64,000 bases of DNA from Candidatus Jordarchaeum sp. LHC_1308 (lineage in GTDB: Archaea; Asgardarchaeota; Jordiarchaeia; Jordiarchaeales; Freyrarchaeaceae), in the NCBI GenBank assembly GCA_019057675.1, contig JAHLWX010000002.1, positions 5,239 through 69,238 of the forward strand. The letters run 5' to 3'. A program made the translations under genes and the position numbers. Under the pieces are notes generated by a model. It was not told the origin of the DNA and searched no databases. It saw nothing but the letters and a program-made list of their open reading frames with translations. This document shows positions 9,022-19,661 of this stretch, in pieces. How positions within the stretch are numbered: the first letter of the stretch is position 1; each line of letters starts with the position of its first letter.

Positions 9022-10704
9022 TTGAGCCTAGAAGAAAAAGTAGATCTAGTGATTGAGAAAACGGGTGTTTCGAGAAAGGAGCTGCAACACCTCATAGAGA
9101 AGAAAAAGAGGGAGATGGGCGGCTTAATTAGTGATGAAGGAGCTCTGCACCTTGTTGCAAGAGACCTTGGAATAAACCTTTCAGAGATAGACGACTATAA
9201 ACCCGTCAGAGTATACGTGAAGGATTTAAGACCGGAAATGCGGAGCGTTACTATGACGGGGAGGGTAAACAGAATTTACCCTGTAAGAGAGTTTGAAAAA
9301 AGAGGGGTTAAAAGCAAAGTTGCCAGCATGATTGTGAGCGACTTGACAGGAGATGTTCGGGTGGTGATGTGGGGGAACCATGCTGACCTTGTGGAAGAGG
9401 GAAAGATAAGAGAAGGCATGATAATACGCATCGTTAAGGGATATATAAGGGAGGGGTTAAGGGGGGAACTGGAGGTTCATTTAGGTAAGGGGGGAAGCTT
9501 GGAGATTGAACCAGATGATGTAGATGACAAGGAATATCCGGTAATTGAAAGAAAGCTAGTTAAGCTTAGCGATCTCATGCCTGAAATGCAGGATGTTGAT
9601 GTGGAAGCAGTCGTACAGAAAATTTACCCGACAACAGTTTTCAGTAGGGAGTTTGGGGAAGGAAAGAGAAAATCAGTGATATTATCAGATGAAACAGGGA
9701 GTGTGAGGGCGGTTTTCTGGGATGAGAGCGCTGAGCTTTTAGAGAACGCTAAGGAGGGCGACAAGTTAAGAATAGAAGGTGGCTACACAAAGTTAGGCCT
9801 TCAAGGCGACGTAGAACTTCACGCGGGAAAACTTGTACGAATAACCATTAATCCAAGTAAAGAACACGAAAAAAGAATAGCAAAACTGAACGCTTTGGAG
9901 CCAGGAATGCCGGCTGTGAACGTAGAGGGCAAAGTTACCGTTTCCTCCAACGTCAAAGAGTTTACTAGGAGCGATGGGACAACAGGCGTTGTAGCGTCTC
10001 TTTACATCATGGATGAAACGAGAAGCGTCAGAGTTGTCGCATGGGATGAACAAGCCGAGAACATTATCGATGCAGAACCAGGCGATATATTAAGAATTAA
10101 GGGGGGATACACTAGAGCAGGAATGAATGGCGAGGTAGAAGTTCATGTGGGGCGTTTCTCAAAAGTCGAGCTTATCTCTCTCGAAGAAGAAATTGGTCAG
10201 GCAATTTCAAGGGGCACTCCTCCACGTAAATTTCTCTTCCAACTAGAAGACGACGACTTTGTCGAAGTCAGAGGAACTTTAAGGCGCCTCCTGCGTAAGA
10301 AAGCGGTTTATGAAGTGTGTCCCACTTGTGGCAGAAGACTGGAAGATAATGGATTTTGCGTTATGTGTGGAGAAGTTGAACCAATATTGCTCCTTACAGT
10401 TAACGCGCTGATTGACGACGGAACTGCAGTTGCAAAGGCCTTATTCAGAGGAAAAGAAGCTGAAAAACTTCTAAACATAACGGCAAGAGAAGCATATGAA
10501 GTTGCGAAGAGAGAAGGGGACGAGGCTGCTCCACTAAAAATGAAAGCATACGATCTGGAAGGGAAAGAGCTAGTTTTAACTGCTAAAGCAGACTTTAACC
10601 CCGTGGCAGGAAAAATCACACTTAAAGTTTACTCATTCAAGGAGGCGAACCCGAAAGATGAAGCCGAAAAACTCCTTTCAAGCACCGAATCACTTAAACA
10701 ATGA
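9022..10704 (+). CDS. rpa: Replication protein A (ssDNA-binding protein, multi-OB-fold with Zn ribbon)
   Basis: 560 aa; several repeated OB-fold modules (repeated ...RV.VWDE.AE... patterns) and a C4 zinc ribbon CPTCGRRL...CVMCG. Confidence 0.8.
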   Translation: MSLEEKVDLVIEKTGVSRKELQHLIEKKKREMGGLISDEGALHLVARDLGINLSEIDDYKPVRVYVKDLRPEMRSVTMTGRVNRIYPVREFEKRGVKSKVASMIVSDLTGDVRVVMWGNHADLVEEGKIREGMIIRIVKGYIREGLRGELEVHLGKGGSLEIEPDDVDDKEYPVIERKLVKLSDLMPEMQDVDVEAVVQKIYPTTVFSREFGEGKRKSVILSDETGSVRAVFWDESAELLENAKEGDKLRIEGGYTKLGLQGDVELHAGKLVRITINPSKEHEKRIAKLNALEPGMPAVNVEGKVTVSSNVKEFTRSDGTTGVVASLYIMDETRSVRVVAWDEQAENIIDAEPGDILRIKGGYTRAGMNGEVEVHVGRFSKVELISLEEEIGQAISRGTPPRKFLFQLEDDDFVEVRGTLRRLLRKKAVYEVCPTCGRRLEDNGFCVMCGEVEPILLLTVNALIDDGTAVAKALFRGKEAEKLLNITAREAYEVAKREGDEAAPLKMKAYDLEGKELVLTAKADFNPVAGKITLKVYSFKEANPKDEAEKLLSSTESLKQ

Positions 10705-11386
10705 AGAGTCAGCCGAAACAGAAACAACATGTCCATCCTGCGGTGGAAAAGCAAGGATAACTCAGACATGCATCAACGTACCCTTCTTCCACGATATATT
10801 ATTGGTAACCATTAAATGTGAAAAATGTAATTTAAGGTCAAGTGATGTGATAAATATGAATTTTGGTAAACCTGTACGGTTCACGTTTCAAGTGAAAAAT
10901 CTGCAAGACCTCACAGCCAAAGTTATTAAATCAACATCAAGCACTATAAGAATTCCGGAGCTCGGCGCATCCATAGAGCCCGGTCCAGCATCCCAACCAT
11001 TTATAACTAACGTGGAAGGTGTCCTATACCGCTTTTTGGATGTTGCAAAAACACTCAAGAACTGGTCTACTACTCCCCAGCAAGCACAGAAATGCCAGCA
11101 AGCAATAGAAAACATTCAAATGGCAATAGAAGGACGAATAACTTTCACCATAATTCTCGAGGACCCGTTCGGAAACGGAATGATAATCCATCAGGATCAA
11201 GAGAAAGTTATGATTGAGGAGCTATCAGAAGAGGAAGCAAAAAACCTAAAAACAGGACCATACATTGTACTAAAACCAGGAAAACGCAGGAAGTACCACA
11301 AGACTAAACGCTACCAGCATAACCAGAAAGCGCCCGAGTTAGCCAATTCCCTGCACCACTCAAATACAACGCTAAAGCAACAATAA
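10658..11386 (+). CDS. ZPR1-type zinc-finger protein
   Basis: CPSCGG...IPFF...IKCEKCNLRS ZPR1 zinc-finger signature plus following A-domain; the ORF 5' end overlaps the RPA 3' end, so the true start is probably downstream of 10658. Confidence 0.7.
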   Translation: MKPKNSFQAPNHLNNEESAETETTCPSCGGKARITQTCINVPFFHDILLVTIKCEKCNLRSSDVINMNFGKPVRFTFQVKNLQDLTAKVIKSTSSTIRIPELGASIEPGPASQPFITNVEGVLYRFLDVAKTLKNWSTTPQQAQKCQQAIENIQMAIEGRITFTIILEDPFGNGMIIHQDQEKVMIEELSEEEAKNLKTGPYIVLKPGKRRKYHKTKRYQHNQKAPELANSLHHSNTTLKQQ

Positions 11387-11522
11387 CCACTATGGAAACC
11401 GCAACAGTAACCACCATAAAGGGGCTAACCTTCACACCAACGCTTTCATCCTCAAAAAACCTTATAAGACCTGCACTTGTTGCAGGAAGAGGAGCTTCAT
11501 CACCACGCTTCTTCTTGGACAA
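11304..11522 (-). CDS. secG: Preprotein translocase subunit Sec61beta (archaeal SecG)
   Basis: 72 aa; basic N-terminus, SSAGLIRFFEDE motif and a single C-terminal TM helix, typical of archaeal Sec61beta; convergently overlaps the ZPR1 ORF tail. Confidence 0.55.
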   Translation of the reverse strand: MSKKKRGDEAPLPATSAGLIRFFEDESVGVKVSPFMVVTVAVSIVVIVALALYLSGAGNWLTRALSGYAGSV

Positions 11523-11863
11523 AGACCAGCCCCCCTAACAAATCACTTAGCAAGCAACAATACTTCCCTCCATCCTTTTATACATTTCCTTCTCCTCCTA
11601 AATCTATACCTTCACTGCATGTTTTTGCCTTCCAAGCTTTTCCTCCAGACAATTTTTCTCCCAGAAGATACATGGGCTATCATTATCTGAAAATCGCCGA
11701 ACCAAAAAGAAAACGCCATGTACAAATCGCCGCATCTTAATCTTAAAACTGAAGCAACCGACTATGCGACAGGGTATTGAACAAGAAAACTTTTTAAACC
11801 GTAATGCGTTAGCAGTCACAATAGTCTCCAGTAAACCCCTAAGTAAATGAGTGGTGGCCGTTA

Positions 11864-12592
11864 ATGGGCAAGAGAATACTGGTTCAGAGAAGAGGAAAAG
11901 GCACTCCTACGTTTAGGGCGCCAACCCATAAACGTATGGGCGAAGTAAAATATAGGCTTACAAGTGGCGATGTCGTTGTCCGTGGAAAGGTAATCGCATT
12001 ACTTCATGAGTCGGGTCGAGGAGCCCCAGTTGCTAAGGTAAAGTTTGAAGATGGCCTAGAACAGATTATGCTTCCCCCAGAAGGAATTGCAGTAGGCCAA
12101 GAGGTAGAGATTGGCACTGGTGCTTCACTAAGGGCCGGAAACGTTCTGCCCCTCGGAAAAATACCCGAGGGAACTCCCATTTACAATATAGAGAGCCTCC
12201 CCGGAGATGGAGGAAAATTTGTGCGTTCCTCTGGAACATACGCCACCATCCTCTCCCACACTCCGGATAAGACAATAGTCCTCCTCCCATCGAAGAAGGT
12301 TAGGGCCTTTGACCCTAACTGCAGAGCAACAATCGGTGTAGTTGCGGGTGGAGGACGTATAGAGAAACCCTTCGTTAAGGCTGGAAAGAAGTACTACTTG
12401 GCTAAGGCAAAAGGACGGGTGTGGCCCAAAGTTAGAGGCGTAGCCATGAACCCCGTTTCTCATCCACACGGTGGAGGAAGTCATCAGCACCCGGGAAAGC
12501 CCTCCACGGTATCCAGAAACGCTCCTCCCGGAGCAAAGGTAGGCTTGATAGCTGCGAGAAGCTCCGGACGAAAAAAAGGAAAGAAAAGGTAA
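11864..12592 (+). CDS. rpl2: 50S ribosomal protein L2
   Basis: 242 aa; HPHGGG motif and conserved L2 C-terminus. Confidence 0.95.
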   Translation: MGKRILVQRRGKGTPTFRAPTHKRMGEVKYRLTSGDVVVRGKVIALLHESGRGAPVAKVKFEDGLEQIMLPPEGIAVGQEVEIGTGASLRAGNVLPLGKIPEGTPIYNIESLPGDGGKFVRSSGTYATILSHTPDKTIVLLPSKKVRAFDPNCRATIGVVAGGGRIEKPFVKAGKKYYLAKAKGRVWPKVRGVAMNPVSHPHGGGSHQHPGKPSTVSRNAPPGAKVGLIAARSSGRKKGKKR

Positions 12593-12672
12593 AGGAGGAC
12601 GTTACCTTTTTCGTAATATCATTCTATAAAGCATCATCCTTATAATGATTCAACTGTTCGAGGGAGAAACAT

Positions 12673-13788
12673 ATGGGACATCGAAAATATCATGCTCCAA
12701 AAAGAGGGAGTCTAGCTTATTTACCTAAAGGTAGGGCGAGCAGGCCAGTTGCTCGCGTCAGGAGCTGGCCCTCATACTCGGGATCAGTCACATTACTGGG
12801 TATACCCGGTTATAAAGCAGGAATGACTCATGCCATAATAGTGGATAACAGGAAAACCAGTCCATACTATGGAAAAGAGTTGGCTCTTCCAGTAACCGTC
12901 CTAGATATCCCTCCAATCGTGGTTTTCGCCGTTAGAGCCTATGAGCATACCCCCTACGGTTTGAGAACGCTGAATGAGGTCTGGTCACCAAACTTGTCGA
13001 ATGACTTAGCTAGAAAAATCTCATGCAGGAAACTTTTCGAATACAGTGTTGAAGAAAGGCTGGAAAAGTTCAGGAAGAACCTCGAGCGTTTACTAGATCA
13101 CATTGACCGCATCTATGAAGTACGCGTTTTAGCTCATACTCAACCCAGATTAGCGTCCGTTCCGAAGAAGAAGCCAGAAGTTCTGGAAATAAAAATTGGA
13201 GGTGGCAGTGGGCCTAAAGATCTTCTTCTCTACGCTTCCCGCTTCTTAGGAGATGAACTTTATGGATACGCCGTGGAGAGACTTGAAGGAGACGTATCCA
13301 AACTAGGTCAGGCAAATAGCACCGTTAGTGTTAGGGACATATTCAAAGAAGGCGATTACGTCGACATTCTCGCCGTAACAAAAGGGAAGGGATTCCAAGG
13401 ACCGGTCAAACGTTGGGGAATACGAATCCTGCAACATAAATCTAGGAAGACTAAAAGAGGTGTTGGGGCTTTAGGTGCTTGGCATCCTAATCGTGTACCA
13501 TACACGACGCCGCGTGCTGGACAAATGGGATACCATCAAAGGACTGAATACAACAAGTACCTCCTAAAAATAGGAAATGTTAATAACGAAGGCGAGGACA
13601 TAAATCCGAAGGGTGGATTCATAAATTACGGCTTAGTGAAAGGCGACTACGTGTTGCTCGCCGGAAGCATACCTGGGCCAGCTAAACGCCTAGTCTTCAT
13701 GCGTTACCCTATGCGGCCATCGCCAAAAATGTTTAGCGAGGTGCCGACGATTTCCTACATAAGCACAGAATCTAAGCAGGGTGTGTGA
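12673..13788 (+). CDS. rpl3: 50S ribosomal protein L3
   Basis: 371 aa; N-terminus MGHRKYHAPKRGSLAYLPKGRA typical of archaeal L3. Confidence 0.95.
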   Translation: MGHRKYHAPKRGSLAYLPKGRASRPVARVRSWPSYSGSVTLLGIPGYKAGMTHAIIVDNRKTSPYYGKELALPVTVLDIPPIVVFAVRAYEHTPYGLRTLNEVWSPNLSNDLARKISCRKLFEYSVEERLEKFRKNLERLLDHIDRIYEVRVLAHTQPRLASVPKKKPEVLEIKIGGGSGPKDLLLYASRFLGDELYGYAVERLEGDVSKLGQANSTVSVRDIFKEGDYVDILAVTKGKGFQGPVKRWGIRILQHKSRKTKRGVGALGAWHPNRVPYTTPRAGQMGYHQRTEYNKYLLKIGNVNNEGEDINPKGGFINYGLVKGDYVLLAGSIPGPAKRLVFMRYPMRPSPKMFSEVPTISYISTESKQGV

Positions 13789-13791
13789 ACC

Positions 13792-14613
13792 ATGGATGCG
13801 GGCAAAGTGACGCTTTACAATATCAAGGGCGAAGCCGTCGGAAAGGTTCCCTTACCAAGGGTTTTCCTCACGCCTATTAGGCCGGATCTTATAAAGCGTG
13901 CAGTCCTTTCCATTCTCAGTGCTAAACGCCAATCCTATGGTGTCGACCCTATGGCAGGAAAGAGGACGACGGCGGGGTCTTGGGGTACCGGCTATGGAAT
14001 GGCCAGAGTTCCAAGAGTTAAAGGTCATCGCTACCCGGCTGCGGGAAGAGGCGCATTTGTCCCTATGGCCGTAGGCGGCAGGAGAGCTCACCCTCCGAAA
14101 TCCGGAAAGATCTTTCTTGAAAGAGTAAACAGAAAAGAGAAGAAGCTTGCCACTTGTTCAGCCATAGCAGCAACAGCGAAGCTGGAACTTATAAAGAACA
14201 GGGGCCACTGCGTCGACGGCGTACTTGAAGTGCCCCTAGTAGTTACAGATGATATTCAAAAATTGAAAAGTGCTAAGGATTTCAAAGAAGTGCTAACTGC
14301 TCTTGGATTATGGGATGACGTTCTGCGTGCCAAGCGGCGCATGGGCAAGGTACGCGCTGGAAAAGGGAAAATAAGGGGACGAAGGAGAAAGAGTGCACGT
14401 AGCGTCCTCGTAATAGTCGAGAAAGATGATGGGATATCCAAAGCTGCCAGAAACTACCCGGGAGTCGAGGTAGTCCTCGTTAGGAACCTCAACGCTGAAT
14501 TACTGGCTCCTGGAGGGCACCCGGGAAGGCTAACCCTCTGGTCCGAGTCCGCTCTAAAATCTCTAGACAAGATTTTTCCCATCAGGGAAGGCATTCTACT
14601 AGCTCAAACATAA
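13792..14613 (+). CDS. rpl4: 50S ribosomal protein L4 (L4/L1e)
   Basis: 273 aa; archaeal L4 pattern; starts 3 nt after rpl3. Confidence 0.9.
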   Translation: MDAGKVTLYNIKGEAVGKVPLPRVFLTPIRPDLIKRAVLSILSAKRQSYGVDPMAGKRTTAGSWGTGYGMARVPRVKGHRYPAAGRGAFVPMAVGGRRAHPPKSGKIFLERVNRKEKKLATCSAIAATAKLELIKNRGHCVDGVLEVPLVVTDDIQKLKSAKDFKEVLTALGLWDDVLRAKRRMGKVRAGKGKIRGRRRKSARSVLVIVEKDDGISKAARNYPGVEVVLVRNLNAELLAPGGHPGRLTLWSESALKSLDKIFPIREGILLAQT

Positions 14614-14880
14614 CCATAAAGAATCTTTTTAATTCTAGATGCTCTTGGTTTCTCATTTTCCGTTACCTGTCCTCATCGTTAGTGGCGGAAAGCTTCGAAG
14701 GTATAGTCGACAGAGGAAAGAAACAAAACCCCCATTTCTTCATATGTCATTGTTACATGTAATTTTTAGGTGAAACAACCATATTTCCTTCGTTCAAGTT
14801 CTTCAAGTTCGTCCTGCGACCCTTCATATTAACTCTTATATAACTCTTAAAAAAGAAGGAATTAACAGGAGACGGGGAAA

Positions 14881-15981
14881 TTGCGAAGGATAAGCATCGG
14901 TATAATTGGATGTGGCCTTATGGGTATACATCACGTGGTTGCACTTAAGAGCTTACGTGAAGCCGGTATTCTAGACGTGGACTTTAGGGCGGTAAGCGAC
15001 GTTGATGAACCGAAGATGATGCGTTTTGCTCAGGCTTATCGTTTCGCTAAATCTTATCCTGATGGTTTCAAGATGATGGATGATGGAGATGTTGAAGTTG
15101 TTTTTGTATGTACGCCAACAAGATATCATAAAGAATATGTTTCAGGGGCGTTGGATGCTGGCAAGTCTGTTTTCTGCGAGACTCCCTTAGCAGTTAGCTT
15201 AACCGATGCAAAAGAAATGTTGGATTTAGCAGAGCGTAGGCGAGCCAAGGCTCAAATTGGGCTTGTCCTTCGATTTCATCCAACTCTAAACTACATTGCA
15301 GACATCATTTCTTCAGGAAGGCTAGGGGAAGTGATAAGTGTCGTCTTAAAGAGTGACCAAGTTTTCCCTGTTGGCGGCTTCTATGTTAGTGATTGGAGAA
15401 GTGATCCTTCAATTTCTGGAGGCGGCGTTCTTCTTGAATATTCCATACATGACATGGATATTCTAAGGTGGCTTCTAGGCGTGCCAACGCATGTCTACGC
15501 AACGTGCACCCGTTACACGGAGAGAAACTTGGAGAGATTAGTGAGCATGACGCTGGAGTTTAAGTGTGGTGCTTTAGCGTCACTAGTCGCTGTTTGGCAC
15601 AAAGTACCTTTGCGTTTATCGGAAAGGAACTTGACAGTCTACTGCGAGGAAGGATATATCCAATTGAACCTCAGCACGATGGGTGAGGCAGCATATTTAC
15701 AGTCTAAGGGGGAAGCTGAACAATTGAATTTGGATGCGATATTTGTTGGCTTCCTAAAGCGTATCGGACTGAAAGCATCCCCTCTTGTAGTTAGGTATGG
15801 AACAGGAGAAAATTTCTATCTAGAAGATTATGCTTTTTTGCGGGCCGTGACGGAAGACGAAAGGGTTTACCCCAACTTCCAGCATGGGGTTGAAGCACAA
15901 GAACTTGTGGAAGTAGCTTACATCTCAAGCAATAAAAAGATTAAAGTAAGCCTTCCATTAAAAGAAAATAAGCTTAGATAG
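14881..15981 (+). CDS. Gfo/Idh/MocA family NAD(P)-dependent oxidoreductase
   Basis: 366 aa; N-terminal Rossmann fold GIIGCGLMG and EKP-like motif; TTG start. Confidence 0.75.
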   Translation: MRRISIGIIGCGLMGIHHVVALKSLREAGILDVDFRAVSDVDEPKMMRFAQAYRFAKSYPDGFKMMDDGDVEVVFVCTPTRYHKEYVSGALDAGKSVFCETPLAVSLTDAKEMLDLAERRRAKAQIGLVLRFHPTLNYIADIISSGRLGEVISVVLKSDQVFPVGGFYVSDWRSDPSISGGGVLLEYSIHDMDILRWLLGVPTHVYATCTRYTERNLERLVSMTLEFKCGALASLVAVWHKVPLRLSERNLTVYCEEGYIQLNLSTMGEAAYLQSKGEAEQLNLDAIFVGFLKRIGLKASPLVVRYGTGENFYLEDYAFLRAVTEDERVYPNFQHGVEAQELVEVAYISSNKKIKVSLPLKENKLR

Positions 15982-16009
15982 ACTCCGCGCCTCTAAAAAA
16001 TTGCTTGAT

Positions 16010-17596
16010 CTATTGGCCCATGGGTTTATACCCTCTTACTAGTAGCGCCTTGTTTGCAGCATTAATTATGGCTTGAACGGACGCCATAACTATATCTCCG
16101 TCTGTTGCTCTCGCCATGTATACTGCTCCATCCTTGTCCCTCAATTTTACCGTAACAAAGCCTAATGCATCTGTTCCACCTGTTATTGCTTCTAGGTTAT
16201 ACTCTTCCAAGCTCATCTCTTGAAACTCCTTAACTGCACTTTGAAGGGCATTACAGGCTGCGTCCACGGGTCCTACGCCTATTGCTGATGCGATCTTTTC
16301 CTTGTCGCCGACCCTAATCCTCACTGTAGCTGTTGGTGTTATACCTTTACCTGTTACGACGGTGAGCTCCTCAAGCCTCAATACTCTCTCCTTCTCCGCC
16401 ACTCTGCCTACTATGTCCTCAACTATCGCCATTAGATCCGCATCCGTGACTGTTTTGCCTTTATCGCCAATTTCCTTTACACGCACCATTATTTCCTTCA
16501 ATTGATCTTCAGTCACGGATATACCCATATTTTCCAGTTTTGCCCTAAGCGAGTGTCCTCCTGTGTGCTTACCTATGACTATTGCTTCTTCGACTATGCT
16601 TGTCCTCTTACGTCCTATAAGTTCGGGGGTTAATGGCTCGTAGGTGTGCGGGTTCTCGAGAACGGCATGCGCATGGATTCCGCTTTCATGCTTAAAGGTG
16701 TTAGTTCCTATTATAGGCTTATTTGGCTGAAGCCTAACGCCCGTCAGTCGCTCAATCAGCTTTGCCGTCTCATAGATATATGTTGTTTTAATGTTTGTTG
16801 TTACGCCGTAGAGGGCGAAAAGAGACATAACCACTTCTTCCAGTGAAGCGTTGCCAGCTCTTTCCCCGATGCCGTTCACCGTAACATGAACTTGCTGTGC
16901 TCCCCTCTCAACAGCTGCTAGAGCGTTTGCCGTTGCCAATCCAAAGTCATTATGCGTATGCACCGATATAGTGACTCCAGGCTTAACAGCTTTCTTAATT
17001 TCTTCAACTATATGTGCATACGCGCTAGGGGTGGTCGCTCCAACAGTGTCGGGAATGTTTATCACGTCAGCTCCAGCTTCAACGACGCTACTGTAGACTT
17101 TCTTCAAAAATCCCAAATCGCTCCTAGTAGCGTCTTCCGCTGAGAACTCAACCTTCACGCCGTGGCTCTTTGTATACTCTACCGCCTCAATAGCTCTTCT
17201 CAAAACCTCGTCAGCCGTCATTTTGAGCTTATACTTCATGTGTAACTCAGATGTAGCAATAAAAACATGCACTCTATCCACGTCGCAGTCAAGTGCAGCA
17301 TCTATGTCTTCGCGGGTGGTACGGGCCAAAGCACATATTTCAGGTCCCAGCCTCATACCTGCTATTTCCTTGATGGCTTTATTCTCTCCCTCAGAGACTA
17401 CTGGCATACCTGCCTCTATAACGTCGACGCCGAGCTTGGCCAGTTGCTCAGCTACCATCTTTTTCTCTTCAAAGGTCAAAGCAACGCCGGGCATCTGTTC
17501 GCCATCACGTAGAGTTGTGTCGAAAACATAGACTCGCTCGGGTAAGCTGGCATGCTTCAACGCGAATTTTATGTATGGACTAACGAAGAACTCCAT
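16010..17596 (-). CDS. leuA: 2-isopropylmalate synthase / (R)-citramalate synthase family (LeuA/CimA)
   Basis: 528 aa; DRE-TIM barrel motifs (DTTLRDGEQ, HTHND) plus C-terminal LeuA dimerisation/regulatory domain. Confidence 0.85.
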   Translation of the reverse strand: MEFFVSPYIKFALKHASLPERVYVFDTTLRDGEQMPGVALTFEEKKMVAEQLAKLGVDVIEAGMPVVSEGENKAIKEIAGMRLGPEICALARTTREDIDAALDCDVDRVHVFIATSELHMKYKLKMTADEVLRRAIEAVEYTKSHGVKVEFSAEDATRSDLGFLKKVYSSVVEAGADVINIPDTVGATTPSAYAHIVEEIKKAVKPGVTISVHTHNDFGLATANALAAVERGAQQVHVTVNGIGERAGNASLEEVVMSLFALYGVTTNIKTTYIYETAKLIERLTGVRLQPNKPIIGTNTFKHESGIHAHAVLENPHTYEPLTPELIGRKRTSIVEEAIVIGKHTGGHSLRAKLENMGISVTEDQLKEIMVRVKEIGDKGKTVTDADLMAIVEDIVGRVAEKERVLRLEELTVVTGKGITPTATVRIRVGDKEKIASAIGVGPVDAACNALQSAVKEFQEMSLEEYNLEAITGGTDALGFVTVKLRDKDGAVYMARATDGDIVMASVQAIINAANKALLVRGYKPMGQ

Positions 17597-17726
17597 CCCT
17601 CTGCAAATTCATCAACCTCCACTCATCTTCCAGAAATTCCTCAGAGAATTTTAATGCACCATGCTTTTAAACATTGGGGGACTTCCCAGAATAAATGAGT
17701 AAATAAAAATGAAGTAGTCGTCGAGT

Positions 17727-18098
17727 TTAGGGAGTTTCATTTACGTATTTATTGATTTCATTTACGTATTTATTGATGTACTCTGTTAGCTTCCAGCAGT
17801 GGTTTGGCGATATTGGTTGTCCTGCGCCGCAACGAGAAATTTGCGTGCATGTAAAGCAAGGGCATCCTCCCAATGTATCCCATCTTACTTCGACTTTCTC
17901 TCTCGTATTAGCGAAAAGCCTATAGGTCCATCTACCCTTATACAGTTCTTTCATTCTCCGCACAACTCCTTTTTTCTCAAGTTTCATAGCTATTCTCGAA
18001 CCTTCTCTGCTATTTACCCCCAATTTCCTCCATAAATCACTCTGAAGGAGTCCTCTTTCGCCTGCCTCCAATATGATTTGATAGGCTCTTTCTTCCAT
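17727..18098 (-). CDS. Small winged-helix DNA-binding protein with C-terminal Cys cluster
   Basis: 123 aa; N-terminal wHTH (LLQSDLWRKLGVNSREGSRIAMKLEKKGVV), then CPCFTC...C...HC cysteines; the C-terminus contains a 7-aa tandem duplication. Confidence 0.45.
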   Translation of the reverse strand: MEERAYQIILEAGERGLLQSDLWRKLGVNSREGSRIAMKLEKKGVVRRMKELYKGRWTYRLFANTREKVEVRWDTLGGCPCFTCTQISRCGAGQPISPNHCWKLTEYINKYVNEINKYVNETP

Positions 18099-18099
18099 C

Positions 18100-19660
18100 T
18101 GGGACCCCTCGGGTCAACATGGACTCGTTCCCCTAAAAAACTTTTAGGGTTTTAAGCACAAACCTACAGTTCTTCATTCTCGTATAACCTCATCGAATTA
18201 TCGCTCTATGTACGTTTTATCCAATTGACTAAAGGCGGTCTCCAAGCATCATATGGCTTTAGAACGTAGCCAGCATTAAGACGCCATTTACATTGGACAT
18301 TGGCACTTGTGGAGCCGGGTTGTTACGAGTCCATCCTTATTTATCTTCTCGAAGAAGCTTGTATCATGATTTTGCATGATTCTTCAGCCTTAATTCCATG
18401 TTTATTTTTTATCTCCTTTTTCGTTGTCTCTCCCTAACGAAGGCTCCTGCAGCGTAGAATATTCAATACACGCCGTCGGCACCAAAGCCGACTACAAAAA
18501 CGTCTTTTAGTCCTGCTATTTAGGGCTGTATTCAAAGCAAGCTCCTGATTTCTTACCCCTACCCCATCATCTTCACTTATAATTACCGTTGCTTCCCCAT
18601 CAATCACGATTAAAGCAGTCTTTTAAGTGACTCTTGGTTTAATGCGATGCTTTTAATGATTCCAGCCGCTAAGTAGCCGGCTTCTTCACTTCCCCCATCC
18701 ATGCGTGTAGTCAAGATGAACAAGTGTAGCCCTCTCCGTTAAGCCTCATTGGTCACCGTATTGACGCTCCCTATTGTTGGTAAAAGAAAGTTCTGAACCC
18801 TCCTTCTGAAAACTGGGTCGCTGGGCTTCAGCCTCTTCTCAACTATTCCCACTGTTCCCCCCCATGTTGAGCCTAGTCTTAATACTATTCACATTTCTCC
18901 CATTTCATATCTCTTCAAGAAATTTATAGCATCTGGAAAAGTTGTTGGATCCTGCGCTGTTGGTTCTGAAGCCACATTCTCTAACCTGTCACCTACAACG
19001 TCAGATACTGTCAGGCTTACAACGCGAGCAGGAAGCCAGTCCTACAGCAGTTCGCCTTTAACCTTTGAAAGATGCCTTCTCGTAACGCTAATCCCTATGT
19101 TCACCCTTCTCTTTAGAGGGCAGACGCTGCCCCCCATGGATATCTTAGATTTTCACATCTATCAGCTGGGAAGGGTAAGCATTGTTGAGCCACACCTGAA
19201 ATCAAACATATAACAAAGTTGTTTCCCGCCTTCTTAACTAGCCTAACAACTACTTCTTCCCCCTGATATATCCCCCCGTTTGGATTGGGGGCGCGTTGTC
19301 TCGAAAGGCTGAATACGCTTGGTGCTAAACATGCCAAAATCACCCCTTCTATGTGCAGACAGCACCATCCATTAATTCCCCTAAGGAGATTTCCTTTAAG
19401 GCTTCCACCAATGACGCCGCTCACTTCACGGCTCATACAACATATATTTTCTCAACGTTTCACAAAGGCATATGATCGCCACATACTGCTAAGCCTCAAT
19501 CATAAAGTTTCACAGCACTCTTAACGGCATTTCTCGACTCAGAAACCCTTATGGCAAGCTCCACTAAGTCTAGGAGCAAACCTTCGCTTATCTTTCACCC
19601 TCTCTAAGAGCTCTTCGCGGCCCTTCACGATTAGCCCCTTTTGCCATCTTATTTTTCCCT
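18100..19660. pseudogene. About 1.5 kb without an intact ORF; short in-frame protein-like segments interrupted by stops on the minus strand (decayed gene remnants)
   Basis: Only short overlapping ORFs; minus-strand translations give plausible peptide stretches (e.g. LVELAIRVSESRNAVKSAVKLYD, GGIYQGEEVVVRLVKKAGN) broken by stops and frame changes. Confidence 0.3.
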
Positions 19661-19661
19661 C

